Made by a program: the position numbers and the translations under genes. A DNA stretch of 64,000 nt from a bacterium (GTDB taxonomy: Bacteria; Electryoneota; Electryoneia; Electryoneales; Electryoneaceae): assembly GCA_963669175.1 (NCBI GenBank), contig OY769902.1, positions 5,383,366 through 5,447,365 of the forward strand, read 5' to 3'. The notes beneath the pieces are model-generated. The model saw nothing but the letters and a program-made list of their open reading frames with translations, made no database searches and had not been told where the DNA came from. How positions within the stretch are numbered: the first letter of the stretch is position 1; every line of letters starts with the position of its first letter. This document shows positions 29,301 to 38,782 of the stretch, piece by piece.

Positions 29301-31993
29301 GTGGTCCCGGCGCCTGCAGTAACAACAACACCTGTTACCTGCTGATCTGTTACGTAACCAGGTGAGTTAAATTGCAGGGTATAGGTTCCAACCCGGGTCG
29401 ATGCCGGGAGTCCTTCAAACTCATAGTAACCGTCCGTGAAATCGCTTGTCCCAACCACTTGATCATTGAGAATAAGATCAACGGTAAAGTTGCCAACCGG
29501 ATCGCTTGTTGTCTGGTTGGTCACGGATCCTTCAATCCAGCCGAATTCTTCGAAACCGTACATGTTGATGTCATCAATGGCGGTTCCGAACCAACTGGTT
29601 GCGTAGTAAGAATAGTAATAATCGTAGACATGACGGAACTGGATATATACCAGGTTGTCGTAGTAGCCGCTCAAGTCCACTGTATACTGTGTCCAGGGAC
29701 CGTTATCCGTACTCCGCACATCTTCGTAGTTTGTGTAGGAGTTGTTCGCGTTGTAAGCGGGATCGATGTCTACCTGTGTCCAGTTGGCGCCATCCAGGGA
29801 TACACGAACCTGGAAACCACCATAATAGCCGTTATAGTGATCATCCCACGCCCAGAAAGTCATCAACGCTGCCGGATCGTCGATGTAGTAGGGCCGATTG
29901 GATGTCAACATGGTATAAGCATCATACTGGTAGGTAAAACCACCATCCAGATCCGTTGCCCATACATTATCGCCACTATGCGGTGTTGTTGTAAACATGT
30001 AACTGGTCGGGGTGCCCCATTCCCAGTCATAGGTTGTGCTGCTCTCGTCAATCTGCCAGTAACCTGGACCGGATTCAAAATCGTCACTGAAGGTCAGGGT
30101 CGGCCAGGGATCCATGGTGAAGTCGTAGGTGTTGTCCCCACCGGCCAAATCAAGCGCTGCCTGGTATCCGAAATACTCGTCTGCCGAGGCTGCAAGCAGG
30201 TTTTCGCCAGAGGCGATATCCGTGAAGGAATAGGCGCCGGTTTCATCCGTGGTCGTTGAATAACCACCCACCACAATATCAGCGCCACTGACTGGCTCAC
30301 CAGAATCTGTGTCAGTCACAACACCCGCCAGGTTGGCCGGCGGCGGCGGGCTCATGCCATACATGACGATGTCATCAATCGCCGTACCAAAGTAGCTGGT
30401 AGCATAACTTGAGCTTGAATAGTCGTAGATATGGCGAAAGCGCACCTTGACAGACTGCCCGGCATAGTCACTCATGTCAACGATATACTGTTTCCAGGGA
30501 CCATCCAATGTAGCCCAGGTATCTTCATCGTTGGTTCGAGGACTATTGTTGTCGTATGCCGGCTCAACAGTTGTCACTGTTGTCCATGTTTCACCGTCCG
30601 TGCTTGCCTGGACGTTGAAACCGCCGTAGAAGTATCCGTAGTAGGAATAGAAGTAGTGGTCATCCCAGGCCCAGAAGGTGAACACACCACCGCCTTCAGC
30701 TACATCGAAGAAGAAGTTGGACACCAGCATGGAGAAAGAATCGTATCCATAGCTGAATCCAGCGTCCAGGTTGGTTCCCCAGACATTGTTGCCACTATGC
30801 GGTGTGCTGGTGAAGTAGGAACTGGTGGGCGCCCCCCATTCCCAGTCAGAGACAGTGCTGGTGGGATCCAGCGACCAGTCACCGCTATCATCTTCAAAGT
30901 CGTAGGAAAGGGTTTCTTCCGGGAAAGCCTCAATGGTATAATTGTGGACATTCTCACCAGTGGAAACTGTTACATATTCTTCAGATGTGTAAGGATAGAA
31001 TCCAGTTGCCTGAATAGACACTTCATAGTACCAGGAGTAGATCGGATCAAATTCATAGTACCCGGTTTCGTCCGTGGTTGTCGAGGAAGCGCCATAGTAA
31101 ACCGTTGCGCCTTCAACCGGATCTTCTGACACACTATCCAGTACATATCCATTTACGGAAGCGTCGAGCTCCAAAGTGTAAATCTCAATGGAAGTCCCGA
31201 AAACCGGGTAACTGTCTGGTGTGGTATTGTAAGAAACCTGGAGACCGACGGTTCCGTCACTGTTCTCAATACCTATGGTTTCACCGGTAATGCCTTGAGT
31301 ACTGGATTCATCGTAGGAAATGATGATGTGCCCTGTGTCGTACAGGTGTACCTGAGCGTACAACATTTCATCCCAGATATAATCATCATTACCAAACTGT
31401 ATTACAAAGTGGCCGTCTTCGACCTCTTCATAGTACATGTGATCACTACCGGTGGGGAACAGATCATCCCAGAACCAGAAAATACCGTTGTTCGGAGTTC
31501 CGGTGGATGGAATCATCGCGTTGTTGTATTCATCGCCCTGGTTTGCAGAAAAAGAAATCCACCCATTGGAACAAACATAGAACTGGGTATAATCTGTTCC
31601 ATAGAAATTGAAACTGAACGGCAAGTCGTACGGTCCCTGAGTTATGTCGTCCTGCCATCCCGTAACGTCCGTGCCTGTATCAGTAATATCAATCCAGGTA
31701 AATGCCGGGCCGCCTTCCTCCTGGCTGTCGATGAACACGTAACCGTTACTGTCCGGTCCTCCAAGCTCATCCAGTTCGTCGTCACTGCCCGGCCTCGGAA
31801 TCACACCTTCCCTCAAGAGAAAGTCCAACTCCTGTGGCATCAGTTCCTGACCGCTGTTCAGCGCTACAGTCAGACGATCCACCTCATCGTAATACTGTTG
31901 TTTTGAGGTGAATCCTTCCGGTAGCTGCGCGAACGCGGTCATGGACAAGATCAGCACCAGAAACAGTGCTACACCCCATGAACCTTTCTGCAT
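23324..31993 (-). CDS. Giant (2889 aa) secreted multidomain protein: carboxypeptidase-regulatory-like Ig repeats, jelly-roll/adhesin-like domains, Fn3, T9SS-type C-terminal domain
   Basis: Signal peptide; repeated G.V.D.....P..GA.V...TTDE.G.Y units; WEWG.P...HSG..VW.T domains; C-terminal GFPNPFNP...SGVYF...KVVLLK. Confidence 0.9.
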   Translation of the reverse strand: MQKGSWGVALFLVLILSMTAFAQLPEGFTSKQQYYDEVDRLTVALNSGQELMPQELDFLLREGVIPRPGSDDELDELGGPDSNGYVFIDSQEEGGPAFTWIDITDTGTDVTGWQDDITQGPYDLPFSFNFYGTDYTQFYVCSNGWISFSANQGDEYNNAMIPSTGTPNNGIFWFWDDLFPTGSDHMYYEEVEDGHFVIQFGNDDYIWDEMLYAQVHLYDTGHIIISYDESSTQGITGETIGIENSDGTVGLQVSYNTTPDSYPVFGTSIEIYTLELDASVNGYVLDSVSEDPVEGATVYYGASSTTTDETGYYEFDPIYSWYYEVSIQATGFYPYTSEEYVTVSTGENVHNYTIEAFPEETLSYDFEDDSGDWSLDPTSTVSDWEWGAPTSSYFTSTPHSGNNVWGTNLDAGFSYGYDSFSMLVSNFFFDVAEGGGVFTFWAWDDHYFYSYYGYFYGGFNVQASTDGETWTTVTTVEPAYDNNSPRTNDEDTWATLDGPWKQYIVDMSDYAGQSVKVRFRHIYDYSSSSYATSYFGTAIDDIVMYGMSPPPPANLAGVVTDTDSGEPVSGADIVVGGYSTTTDETGAYSFTDIASGENLLAASADEYFGYQAALDLAGGDNTYDFTMDPWPTLTFSDDFESGPGYWQIDESSTTYDWEWGTPTSYMFTTTPHSGDNVWATDLDGGFTYQYDAYTMLTSNRPYYIDDPAALMTFWAWDDHYNGYYGGFQVRVSLDGANWTQVDIDPAYNANNSYTNYEDVRSTDNGPWTQYTVDLSGYYDNLVYIQFRHVYDYYYSYYATSWFGTAIDDINMYGFEEFGWIEGSVTNQTTSDPVGNFTVDLILNDQVVGTSDFTDGYYEFEGLPASTRVGTYTLQFNSPGYVTDQQVTGVVVTAGAGTTQDFIMEPNPPVDFSVFVYDSNDPPEPVEGATVTIQMINETATTDANGEAVFSQISEYDYTIHVVPEHTPNDLPVLHDEMFGITVVTGMEDEQVYLPMVLAPSDAVVNGANDHFEIWVSPPLNHMPAEVFAARIERLERTVAFLQQQGISGPKLDEQVAELAQARQAYDNLIEADDVSELDALGDFVGYRYSVNGVVQPDQIMAAGFDADTYFEYWNVVQGREYTFEFAADYGYGDDFLIFSEFGEGGRVYAATNFVYDDGVAFEWIEINPDAAAPDYMGTEITAWTGGTDDGRAEVLFTDFSFNYYGSAYTNVWVNTNGWVAFGDDPGTNAYSNVDFPNSNIPNNIIAPWWDDLHANYGDGIFYYEDNDNNRFIVQFSHAFSNGDGYNCQAVLNGDGTIQYNYLDSDFEWGNSPSVGMEDADGLVGVNYPYMNVYNGLSVLFTYSGPIGDWGAIDGYVYDEQTLEPVYGVEVAATDDFGNSFNFMTDEEGHYTIAAGQGGSPYEMVFVHPSYITGVVSNLSFEEGVEQLDVDDFFMDPLGTIYGTVTDGIFGDPIVGATVAVSNDELNDVIEVTTDENGEYIFERMLDRNVSYDLSFTANGYYQGQTFNVSFGVDDYSLTQNKGLTPFGTLNGTVTDGENTPLNDVMVVGWSEDDPDPEHSRVALTDENGQYSFTRLLPRTGSFSVRALGNGYVAQTVEGLTFGPTEYIITQDFSLTGVDNSTAPGIGSVDEKYDTGFDLYLLEPGYHGTVTDYYYTSGTVSDAYVIGAVDNETMMTVGFTPESGYVLETYVGFTNEMIWDTWPDGVRDDVVIILARDDGDGSPDMDNPLWISEPVTNAEDQPWVIVEPGIPVPDEGLWVCFYQYGPGESAILLDEMLDYPDAVQFSWDGGQTWESGDWMWGDPYMQISVFHPIDEVAVSMADGLIDPTPSHHPVTEHPVGQLRGHDTYFGISAGKTIARPTMRPGLVNDVLVSNGVMTQDELDEFQGFNVWYSTDGVQFTQSNENPVEGDPYFVEVGSEYENQDIWYYAEAINDGEASNASTTETVQFNMAPDVVADFVGQYADGMVTLDWTDPVLNSDGSPLTDLTGVYVYRNNTMIADLAPGTETYMDEIPVDFAGAAIYWVKAYDEVGNESGVAAFYNAGVFGTPDYELGFEAEAFDIFDAPYGPWDPDVWQKAAPTAGPEGAYEGTQCWSTYPDGYYEDNYYTYLVSEPMAILNAYAAFNYWHWFSYEGSWDGYNVQITTDNGESWEIIEPVESYSIASLISYGEPAFNGASDGWEMVNFSLGEYYTEDEPTFVQIALVHMTDGSAHSYYGAYVDDMSLYGLGPVSDYPFAPLPFSMQEPDDGQTVWTNSPTVSWERSDDYNPADQGNLTYNLEWSYNSDFSESSVITGIWSTWYTFENEVVLNAPRGNSPSDDLGEGVGMFRAGSNRNDSSQPGAGGGELDELDELDEILNEDAWVYWRVQAEDTGGLTTNADGYETGMSFFVNGVMDHFTPVDATENVFNVRIDAATIDAMPLQEGDEIAVFDGSVCVGGVVVQSNNDFPLIFNAYGDDGINPGFIEGNDIWFKIYSVDFGEMFWGLPEYIDGDQAFAIDGSTELVLSAMRNVDQTIDLTPYYWNLVSFPVDPVDGSTATMFGGISSLQTVVQANGNTYIPSVIDEISSVTHSKGYRVFCTEAEQLAYTGMTLDHEGVEYGLTQNQWNWMGYPFDFNLDVTVALADIAENLEIVRDDNGGFWIPSLNINTMGNMEPGLGYETWTDATVFFEYGGGGHSQILANPEDVWVVRTPADAPTGTGYPWTLLVDLDDELLQAGASQIAVYDGGNLVGKSYVMEDKPVSVITAWRGFPDLNLAGYTPGHRVTFKVYNEAGQELHTKMTEQVIVFEDNPYGTMSLAHNPLPTTFELSEGFPNPFNPAVKLKIALPNAGKVGLKVFNILGQEVYRSVQNYQAGFHYLYFDATRSGTELTSGVYFLQVQYEGHINVRKVVLLK

Positions 31994-32425
31994 ACGTCCA
32001 CTCCTCTCGGTTGGTTCTAGAATAGCAACATGAAAAACGGGTTACGGACGCGAGGAGTGAATCAGGCAGGTAGTGCGGCGTCCAGTAGGAATATGTTTAA
32101 CGGTTTGTTGGTTTATTCCGGTGTTTGCCCCCCCAAGGCACTATTGAACAGTATTGGCTTAACATCAGGAAACCCGATAAACGGCTACAAAAGTCATCCG
32201 GTGTGGTTCGAGGCGAGCAGTACATGAGACAACGTGACAAAATACGCAAAACAAACCGAAAAAAACAAAGGTTTTCCCAAGTAAATAAAGGTTTTTCGAA
32301 TATTACGGAAATTATGTGCTCAGGCTCACAAATGGTTGAAATATCTCGCTGTAACCCCCGCATGGGTCACAGTTTGTTCTCCGGCGCAACTCTGAATTAA
32401 TCAGATCAGGTGAAACGGTCCACAA

Positions 32426-33472
32426 TTACCCGGCGAGCGAGACCACAGCCTCGACAATTCTCTTGAACTCTGTGGCTCTGAGTCCTGGGTAGGAAGGCAA
32501 TGAAAGAAGCGTCCTGTATGCTTCGTCTGAAACCGGTGTCGGATAAAGCTTGACCTTGTCGCCGCCATTCCGGTAATCCAGCAGTGGCGGGAATGCCGAA
32601 ATCCCCAGCACCCTTAGCCTGTGTGTCCATTGAACGGCATCGTCATTCACTTGGATAATGAAACGCCGCCACACTCTCCCCGGAACAGCCAACGGCAAGC
32701 TGATCAGACCTTCCCCCTCCAGCTCGGCCAGCGCTTCGAGATATTCATCTGCGAGTACTTTTCGCGCCGCCGCAATTTCAGGCAGTCGTCGCAGTTGTAC
32801 TCGCGCCAGCGCTGCGGTAATATCGTTGGGTTGATCGCCGAGACGAAGTGGCGAGGCAGGCAGGCCGATGCACGAGCGATTTTCCTTGACTGTATGGGCG
32901 AATTCTTCATTGTCCGTGAGTATGACAGCGCCGCCATTCCCCCCGATCAGGCTTTCACGATCCAGCGAGAGGATGACCAGATCACCGCAACGTCCCATGC
33001 TGCCACTGCCCAGACCATGACTGCAATCTTCGATCACCGGCAGTTTCAACATTTTCAAGGCGCTGAATTCAACCGGGCAACCGAAGAGGTGTGGAATGAT
33101 CACCGCACGGGTACGATCCGACATCACCCAGGGCACCTGGTCCAGGTCCACCTGGCGGCTTTCCTCGTCGATGTCGATGGTAACAGGGACAGCTCCGGCA
33201 GCCAGCACCCCATTGGGCAGCTCGACCGGGCAGTAGGCCGGAAGGATAATCTCATCGCCCGGCTCCACGCCCAGCGCCATCAGGGACAATCGTACTGCTG
33301 CGACATACGACCCCACCATCACCGCAAATTTGCGTCCCGAGAAACCGGTAAAGGCCGCTTCAAGCTCACGTGTTTCACGTCCGGCGCTCCACTGCCCGTG
33401 ACTGACAACACGGATAACCGCATCGACCTCCTCCTGTCCGAATGTCGGCTTGTCGTGGGGTATATGGGTCAA
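32426..33472 (-). CDS. DegT/DnrJ/EryC1/StrS-family protein, apparently lacking the catalytic lysine
   Basis: GVEPGDEIILP, HLFGCP, IEDCSHGLG, AALARVQL and LSLP motifs; TTG start. Confidence 0.8.
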   Translation of the reverse strand: MTHIPHDKPTFGQEEVDAVIRVVSHGQWSAGRETRELEAAFTGFSGRKFAVMVGSYVAAVRLSLMALGVEPGDEIILPAYCPVELPNGVLAAGAVPVTIDIDEESRQVDLDQVPWVMSDRTRAVIIPHLFGCPVEFSALKMLKLPVIEDCSHGLGSGSMGRCGDLVILSLDRESLIGGNGGAVILTDNEEFAHTVKENRSCIGLPASPLRLGDQPNDITAALARVQLRRLPEIAAARKVLADEYLEALAELEGEGLISLPLAVPGRVWRRFIIQVNDDAVQWTHRLRVLGISAFPPLLDYRNGGDKVKLYPTPVSDEAYRTLLSLPSYPGLRATEFKRIVEAVVSLAG

Positions 33473-33499
33473 ACCTGCTCCAGTGCAAGATTCAATCGC

Positions 33500-35146
33500 T
33501 CACTGACGGCGCATCGTTTTCCAGGTGTTGACCAGACCGTTGGTTGAGCTGTCGTGGCTGTTTACCTGTTCTTCTCCGGCCAGCTCTGGCAGGATCGCCT
33601 TGGCCAGCACTTTGCCCAACTCAACACCCATCTGGTCAAAGGGATTTACATCCCAGACCGCGCCCATGACAAAGATCTTGTGTTCATACAGCGCAATCAA
33701 GGCGCCGAGGGTACGCGGGGTCAGTTGTTTGAACAGGAATGAGTTGGTAGGACGGTTTCCTTCAAAGGTCTTCGCCTTCGCCAGCAGGTACAGCTTTGCT
33801 TCATCGTATCCCTTGCCGGAAAGCTCTGCGCAGGCCTCTTCCTCCGTACGTCCACGCATCAACGCTTCAGTCTGGGCGAAGAAGTTGGAAAGCAGGATTT
33901 TATGATGCTCGCCGATGGGATTATGTGAAACTGCCGGCGCCATAAAATCACAGGGAATCAACTTGGTGCCCTGGTGAATCAACTGGTAGAAAGCGTGCTG
34001 TCCGTTGGTGCCCGGTTCGCCCCAGATAATCGGCCCGGTCTGGTAATCGACACGTTCTCCCGCCTTGGTAACACACTTGCCGTTACTCTCCATATCCCCC
34101 TGCTGAAAGTACGCGGCAAAGCGGCTCATGTACTGATCGTAGGGCAGGATCGCATGGCTTTCGCAGCCGTAGAAGTTGTTGTACCAGATCCCAAGCAGTC
34201 CCATAATCACCGAGATATTCTGTTCCAGTGGCGTGTTCAGGAAATGCTGATCCGCTTCATGCGCCCCGGCCAGTAACTCTTCGAAGTTGTCCATCCCGAT
34301 CGCCAGGGCAATGGATGTTCCTATCGCGGACCAGAGAGAATAGCGTCCCCCTACCCAATCCCAGAAGGCGAACATGTTGTCCGGGTCGATACCGAAGGCT
34401 TCCACCCCCTCACGGTTAGTGGACAAGGCTGCGAAATGTTTCGCCACAGCCTTTTCATGCTTCGCCGCAATCAGGAACCAGTCACGGGCCGTGTGGGCAT
34501 TGGTCATGGTTTCCTGGGTGGTGAAGGTTTTGGAGGCGATGATGAACAGCGTGGTTTCCGGGTTGACAAGCTTCAGTGTTTCTGCGATGTGGGTGCCGTC
34601 CACATTGGACACAAAATGCAGCGTCGGCCCACCTGCGGTGTAAGGCATCAATGCCTGAACCACCATCACCGGTCCAAGATCGGACCCCCCGATGCCGATA
34701 TTGACCACATCGGTGATCGCTTTGCCGGTATAGCCTTTCCATTCCCCGGAGCGGACAGCCTTGGTGAAAGTCCGCATCTGCTCCAATACCGCATTCACGC
34801 CGGGCATGACATCTTCACCATCGACGAGAATCGGTGTATTGGCGCGGTTACGTAGCGCCACATGCAGAACCGCACGTCCTTCCGTATTATTGAACTTGTC
34901 CCCGTTGAACATGGCCCGGGTCTTTTCCTGAACCCCGGTCTCACGCGCCAGATCGAAAAGCAGCGGCATCGTGTCACCTGTTATCCGGTTCTTGGAATAA
35001 TCGAACAGGATGTCCCCGAGGGAGAGGCTGAACCTGTCAAAACGCCCGGCGTCTTTTTCAAACAGGTCGCGCATATGAAGCTGCTTCGTGGTATTGTAAT
35101 GCTCTTGCAGGGCTTTCCACGCTGCGGACGATGTCAGTTTGGACAT
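33500..35146 (-). CDS. pgi: Glucose-6-phosphate isomerase
   Basis: [67 protein letters not shown]; start MSKLTSS with a GGAGG RBS. Confidence 0.98.
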   Translation of the reverse strand: MSKLTSSAAWKALQEHYNTTKQLHMRDLFEKDAGRFDRFSLSLGDILFDYSKNRITGDTMPLLFDLARETGVQEKTRAMFNGDKFNNTEGRAVLHVALRNRANTPILVDGEDVMPGVNAVLEQMRTFTKAVRSGEWKGYTGKAITDVVNIGIGGSDLGPVMVVQALMPYTAGGPTLHFVSNVDGTHIAETLKLVNPETTLFIIASKTFTTQETMTNAHTARDWFLIAAKHEKAVAKHFAALSTNREGVEAFGIDPDNMFAFWDWVGGRYSLWSAIGTSIALAIGMDNFEELLAGAHEADQHFLNTPLEQNISVIMGLLGIWYNNFYGCESHAILPYDQYMSRFAAYFQQGDMESNGKCVTKAGERVDYQTGPIIWGEPGTNGQHAFYQLIHQGTKLIPCDFMAPAVSHNPIGEHHKILLSNFFAQTEALMRGRTEEEACAELSGKGYDEAKLYLLAKAKTFEGNRPTNSFLFKQLTPRTLGALIALYEHKIFVMGAVWDVNPFDQMGVELGKVLAKAILPELAGEEQVNSHDSSTNGLVNTWKTMRRQ

Positions 35147-35186
35147 GGTAGGACCTCCGGGAACAGGGTTGGTGTCGCTTGAGCTT

Positions 35187-38100
35187 TTATTTAAAACGAA
35201 TTCCCTGATCGTAAAAACGCTGCGCCTGGACCTTTCTGTCTTCGCTCCACACGTACCGAGGAGCGCCAACAGTTACGTTCAAAGGGAACTCCTGGCATCG
35301 GTTGCGGATTGTTTCATATTCCGCAGCCGTTAGACCGCAGCCTTCAGCAATAATCTCATCCATCTGTTCCTGAAGCGCTGCCATTTTCTCTTTTGTTTGT
35401 TCAAGATCATGGTCGAAGTTTCGGATTGCCGCAGCCAGTTTCGTACGGTCTTCGGGGCTTGCCGGAAGTAAGACATTTTGGAAATCATCTACATTCCATT
35501 GATCTGAACCAAACACCGAAAACGCTACTTTCAGTAGTTCGTAAAAATCTGCGTCAGGAATAGAGATGGTAAGATTGTCGTAATTTCTTTCCAACCTCGT
35601 ATCATCATACATACAAAAATCTGAATACTTTACTTTACCAATTCCAACAGCTTTCAGTCCCATAAAACACGCTTTTTCCTTTTTCATCGAAATCAGCTTT
35701 TTCATAAAGTATTCCAGTACGCTCCGGGATTGATTATCGCTTATCTCATGGGCTTCCCTTGATAATTGTTGCAATAGTATACTATTGTCTTCAGACAATA
35801 TTGGCATCGGTAAACTATTTATTGTTCTCGGATACCAGTGCGCTCTCCTTCGTAATAATACAGCAGAACGAAGTAGTAATAAAGCATAATATCTAGACGT
35901 AATCGAATTTACAATACCTGATATAGCATAAGAATTAAGATTTGTTGGAATAATTAATACAACACTATTATTCACACATGCTTTCAAAGGATTCAGAACA
36001 GCGGCATTCATTGTAGGGGCGACCTCCGCAACGGCAACAACCAGGTTATCTGAAGGCAGACCGCCACGTTCTTCAAACAATTGACGCATTGCAGGTCGGA
36101 AAACCAAGTCAGCGAGATTCCCATTGGCATCACGCTGTTTCTCGGCATTATCTCGGAAAAAATCAACATATTTCCATATTGAATTGTCCGAAGCGTGTTT
36201 ATTAACATCATCAACGTCAACGTATTCATCTGGTTCATCTGAAAAATATGAACAGACGTGTTGCCCCCTCAACCAGCGCAACTGATCAGGCTGTATTTCA
36301 CCACTGATTTCAAATGGACGGCCGGACCCTTGCTTGACGCCAAAAGTACTGATAGCATGGTCACCCAATCTTTCGCATTGATTCAGTTTTTCCAGAATGG
36401 CTATGTCTCGGCCCGAAATCTCAGTTGACCAATTTCCTTCCGGAGATACCGTGTGATATTGATTCCAGGACACACGGGATGAGTGTTCTTCACGCAATTC
36501 CGACGAATCGATCCAATGTGATAACTGTTCTTTTTCGCTAAGGCCAGTCACTATTGTAACTTCATGATCATCATCGGGTGGTTCCGCTCTACCGAAAAGT
36601 AAAATCGGAACGATATCTGTTCCTTCGAAAAGCTGTGTGGCCATCCATTCCAGTGAAACGATCTTGTCAATTTTGAACTTCTTCAATTCATTCCGAAGTT
36701 TCGCCGCCATAGCGCCGTTTAACAATCCCATGGGCAAAACCATCCCGAACTTGCCGCCCGGAACCAGCCACTTGGTGAAAGCGGAATAGACGAAGTAGGC
36801 CGACAGATCAGTGTTATGGGAGCGGATTTTCTCGAAATAGGTATCCAGAAGCATCCTGTCTTCCCGGGGGATTCTCTCGTTCCGCACATAGGGCGGATTC
36901 CCGATGATATAGTCGAATCCCTGTTTGATGTCTCCGTTCAGCGCATCCATATGAAGATCTAAATCTTCCAGAGAATTCTCTTCTTCATCTTCAGTCACGC
37001 CAGGGGCTAATTGTGACGTGGGAGAAATGAGGAGGCTGTTGCAATGGGTGATGGAGAATCCTTCGAGATGGTAATCCGGTTTTTGCTTCTTTATCTCAAG
37101 AAACGTATCCATAAAACCAAACAGAATACTGAGATGTGAGAGAAACACGGAAAAAGGATTTATATCCCAGCCGTGCAGACAGCGTTGGCCCAGCTCGATA
37201 CGGTTTTCCGGGGAAAGATGCTGCCCACGGTCCCGAATATGCCGCAATGCGCGAATGCCAAACGTGAACGAGCCGCATGAAGGATCCAGAATCCTCTTCT
37301 GCATAATCTCCGCATCTTCGGATATACCCGCTTCATAGAGGATAAAATCTACTACTTCTTCATCGGTATAGAACTCTCCCAGTCGCTTGCGATCCTCTTT
37401 AGGGCGTATCGTCTGATAGATGTCACCAAGAAGGTCTCTCTCAATACTACTGAAATCGAAAGCATTTAATTGAAACATGATCCGTTCGAGAATCACATGC
37501 AGGGTACTGTTCCCCCTTCCCAGCCAGTCAAAGACTTTTTCCTCAAACAGCCTGTGATAAATATGCTCGACATCCCTGAACGCCAGATCAAGAAGAACCT
37601 GGTATCGGTCCTTCAGCGAGTCAACAAAATTCCGCCAGAGGCTCACTCCCTTATGTGATATTTTATGGGTTGTCAATCCCGAGTCTTCACAGATACGGAC
37701 AAAAATCAACCGGCTCATTGCCACATAGGCTGTGTTGGAAATAAACAATTCTTCCGTATGGCGTGCAGCAGCGTCTCCCGTGTACGCCTGATCATGTGCA
37801 AACGCCGGATAATCCTCCTGGAACAGTTTCAGAAGATCACTATGGCGATTTTCGAACTGACGAATCTTTGTTCGCCACAACCGCAATTCCGTCTCATCAC
37901 TTACAAACTGTTCAAACAACTCGAAACGTTCCTGGAGATTCTCCAATCTTGAGTTGATATCCTGAAAGCTCTTTTTCAGACGCTTGAATTCGCGGGTACA
38001 ATAGATAGTCAGGTCATTAACACCCTGCTGCACCACCTCACTGAAATCCCCCAGGTTGTCCTTGCTTAGCGGGATATAGCCACCTGAATAGTCCCCGTTC

Positions 38101-38663
38101 CGAAAAGCCGTGTAATGAGGAGCGGTCAGCGCTGTTTCCCGTGTGATTTGTTTCAGTTGCAAACGCCATTGGTGATCGGTGGCACTGAGAAACTTATCTG
38201 ATGATTCAATTAGCGAAATTGCCCCAGATTTGGCCATCAATTCATCTTCAGCTACAATATGGATACCATTGAGTATCTGGCCTTCACGATTCAGGATATA
38301 GATTGTATAGGGAGCGGACAGGACAACATATTCAGTTGTCGGTTTGATGTAACGCTTGTCAACAATCTGTCGTTGCCAGATCCTGTTTCGCTTCTCATCA
38401 TTGCGTATTTCGTCATCGTCAAGCTTCACTTCCCATACAATCCAGGGGGTGCCGTCAATCGGTGAGTAAATTCTGATATCCGGAATTCCCACTTCCCCAC
38501 GTTTATTGATACTGACTTCCGTATTCAGGTCGTACTCCAACAATCCCTTGATCAGATGATTCTGTATTGGTGTATATAATGCGATTTCACTATCCATACC
38601 CGTCCCCTGGATACTGGACAAGTATTTCCGGAGATAGTGATCGCGTTTTAGTGTTGAGGCCAT
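35187..38663 (-). CDS. Fused restriction endonuclease / N6-adenine methyltransferase (Type IIG/IIL-like)
   Basis: N-terminal PD...EVK nuclease motif; LGEFYT; motif I DPSCGS; motif IV GNPPY; C-terminal TRD-like region. Confidence 0.88.
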   Translation of the reverse strand: MASTLKRDHYLRKYLSSIQGTGMDSEIALYTPIQNHLIKGLLEYDLNTEVSINKRGEVGIPDIRIYSPIDGTPWIVWEVKLDDDEIRNDEKRNRIWQRQIVDKRYIKPTTEYVVLSAPYTIYILNREGQILNGIHIVAEDELMAKSGAISLIESSDKFLSATDHQWRLQLKQITRETALTAPHYTAFRNGDYSGGYIPLSKDNLGDFSEVVQQGVNDLTIYCTREFKRLKKSFQDINSRLENLQERFELFEQFVSDETELRLWRTKIRQFENRHSDLLKLFQEDYPAFAHDQAYTGDAAARHTEELFISNTAYVAMSRLIFVRICEDSGLTTHKISHKGVSLWRNFVDSLKDRYQVLLDLAFRDVEHIYHRLFEEKVFDWLGRGNSTLHVILERIMFQLNAFDFSSIERDLLGDIYQTIRPKEDRKRLGEFYTDEEVVDFILYEAGISEDAEIMQKRILDPSCGSFTFGIRALRHIRDRGQHLSPENRIELGQRCLHGWDINPFSVFLSHLSILFGFMDTFLEIKKQKPDYHLEGFSITHCNSLLISPTSQLAPGVTEDEEENSLEDLDLHMDALNGDIKQGFDYIIGNPPYVRNERIPREDRMLLDTYFEKIRSHNTDLSAYFVYSAFTKWLVPGGKFGMVLPMGLLNGAMAAKLRNELKKFKIDKIVSLEWMATQLFEGTDIVPILLFGRAEPPDDDHEVTIVTGLSEKEQLSHWIDSSELREEHSSRVSWNQYHTVSPEGNWSTEISGRDIAILEKLNQCERLGDHAISTFGVKQGSGRPFEISGEIQPDQLRWLRGQHVCSYFSDEPDEYVDVDDVNKHASDNSIWKYVDFFRDNAEKQRDANGNLADLVFRPAMRQLFEERGGLPSDNLVVAVAEVAPTMNAAVLNPLKACVNNSVVLIIPTNLNSYAISGIVNSITSRYYALLLLRSAVLLRRRAHWYPRTINSLPMPILSEDNSILLQQLSREAHEISDNQSRSVLEYFMKKLISMKKEKACFMGLKAVGIGKVKYSDFCMYDDTRLERNYDNLTISIPDADFYELLKVAFSVFGSDQWNVDDFQNVLLPASPEDRTKLAAAIRNFDHDLEQTKEKMAALQEQMDEIIAEGCGLTAAEYETIRNRCQEFPLNVTVGAPRYVWSEDRKVQAQRFYDQGIRFK

Positions 38664-38782
38664 AAGGAGATCCCTTGCACTTCCAGTTCAGGCAACTTGC
38701 TTGTTTTTTCGTCTCACAAATGTAGTGTACACAGAAGGAGGATCACAGTGTATGAGGACTTTGAATCTAACAAATTTTTTTA

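Noticed and set aside
19300-31906. Long plus-strand ORFs (e.g. 19300-20412, 20767-21720, 29372-30259)
   Set aside because: Antisense to well-supported large genes; expected from codon bias.
35147-35269. 41-aa N-terminal extension of Pgi in the ORF track
   Set aside because: It overlaps the R-M gene end; the ATG at 35146 has a GGAGG RBS and matches the normal Pgi start.
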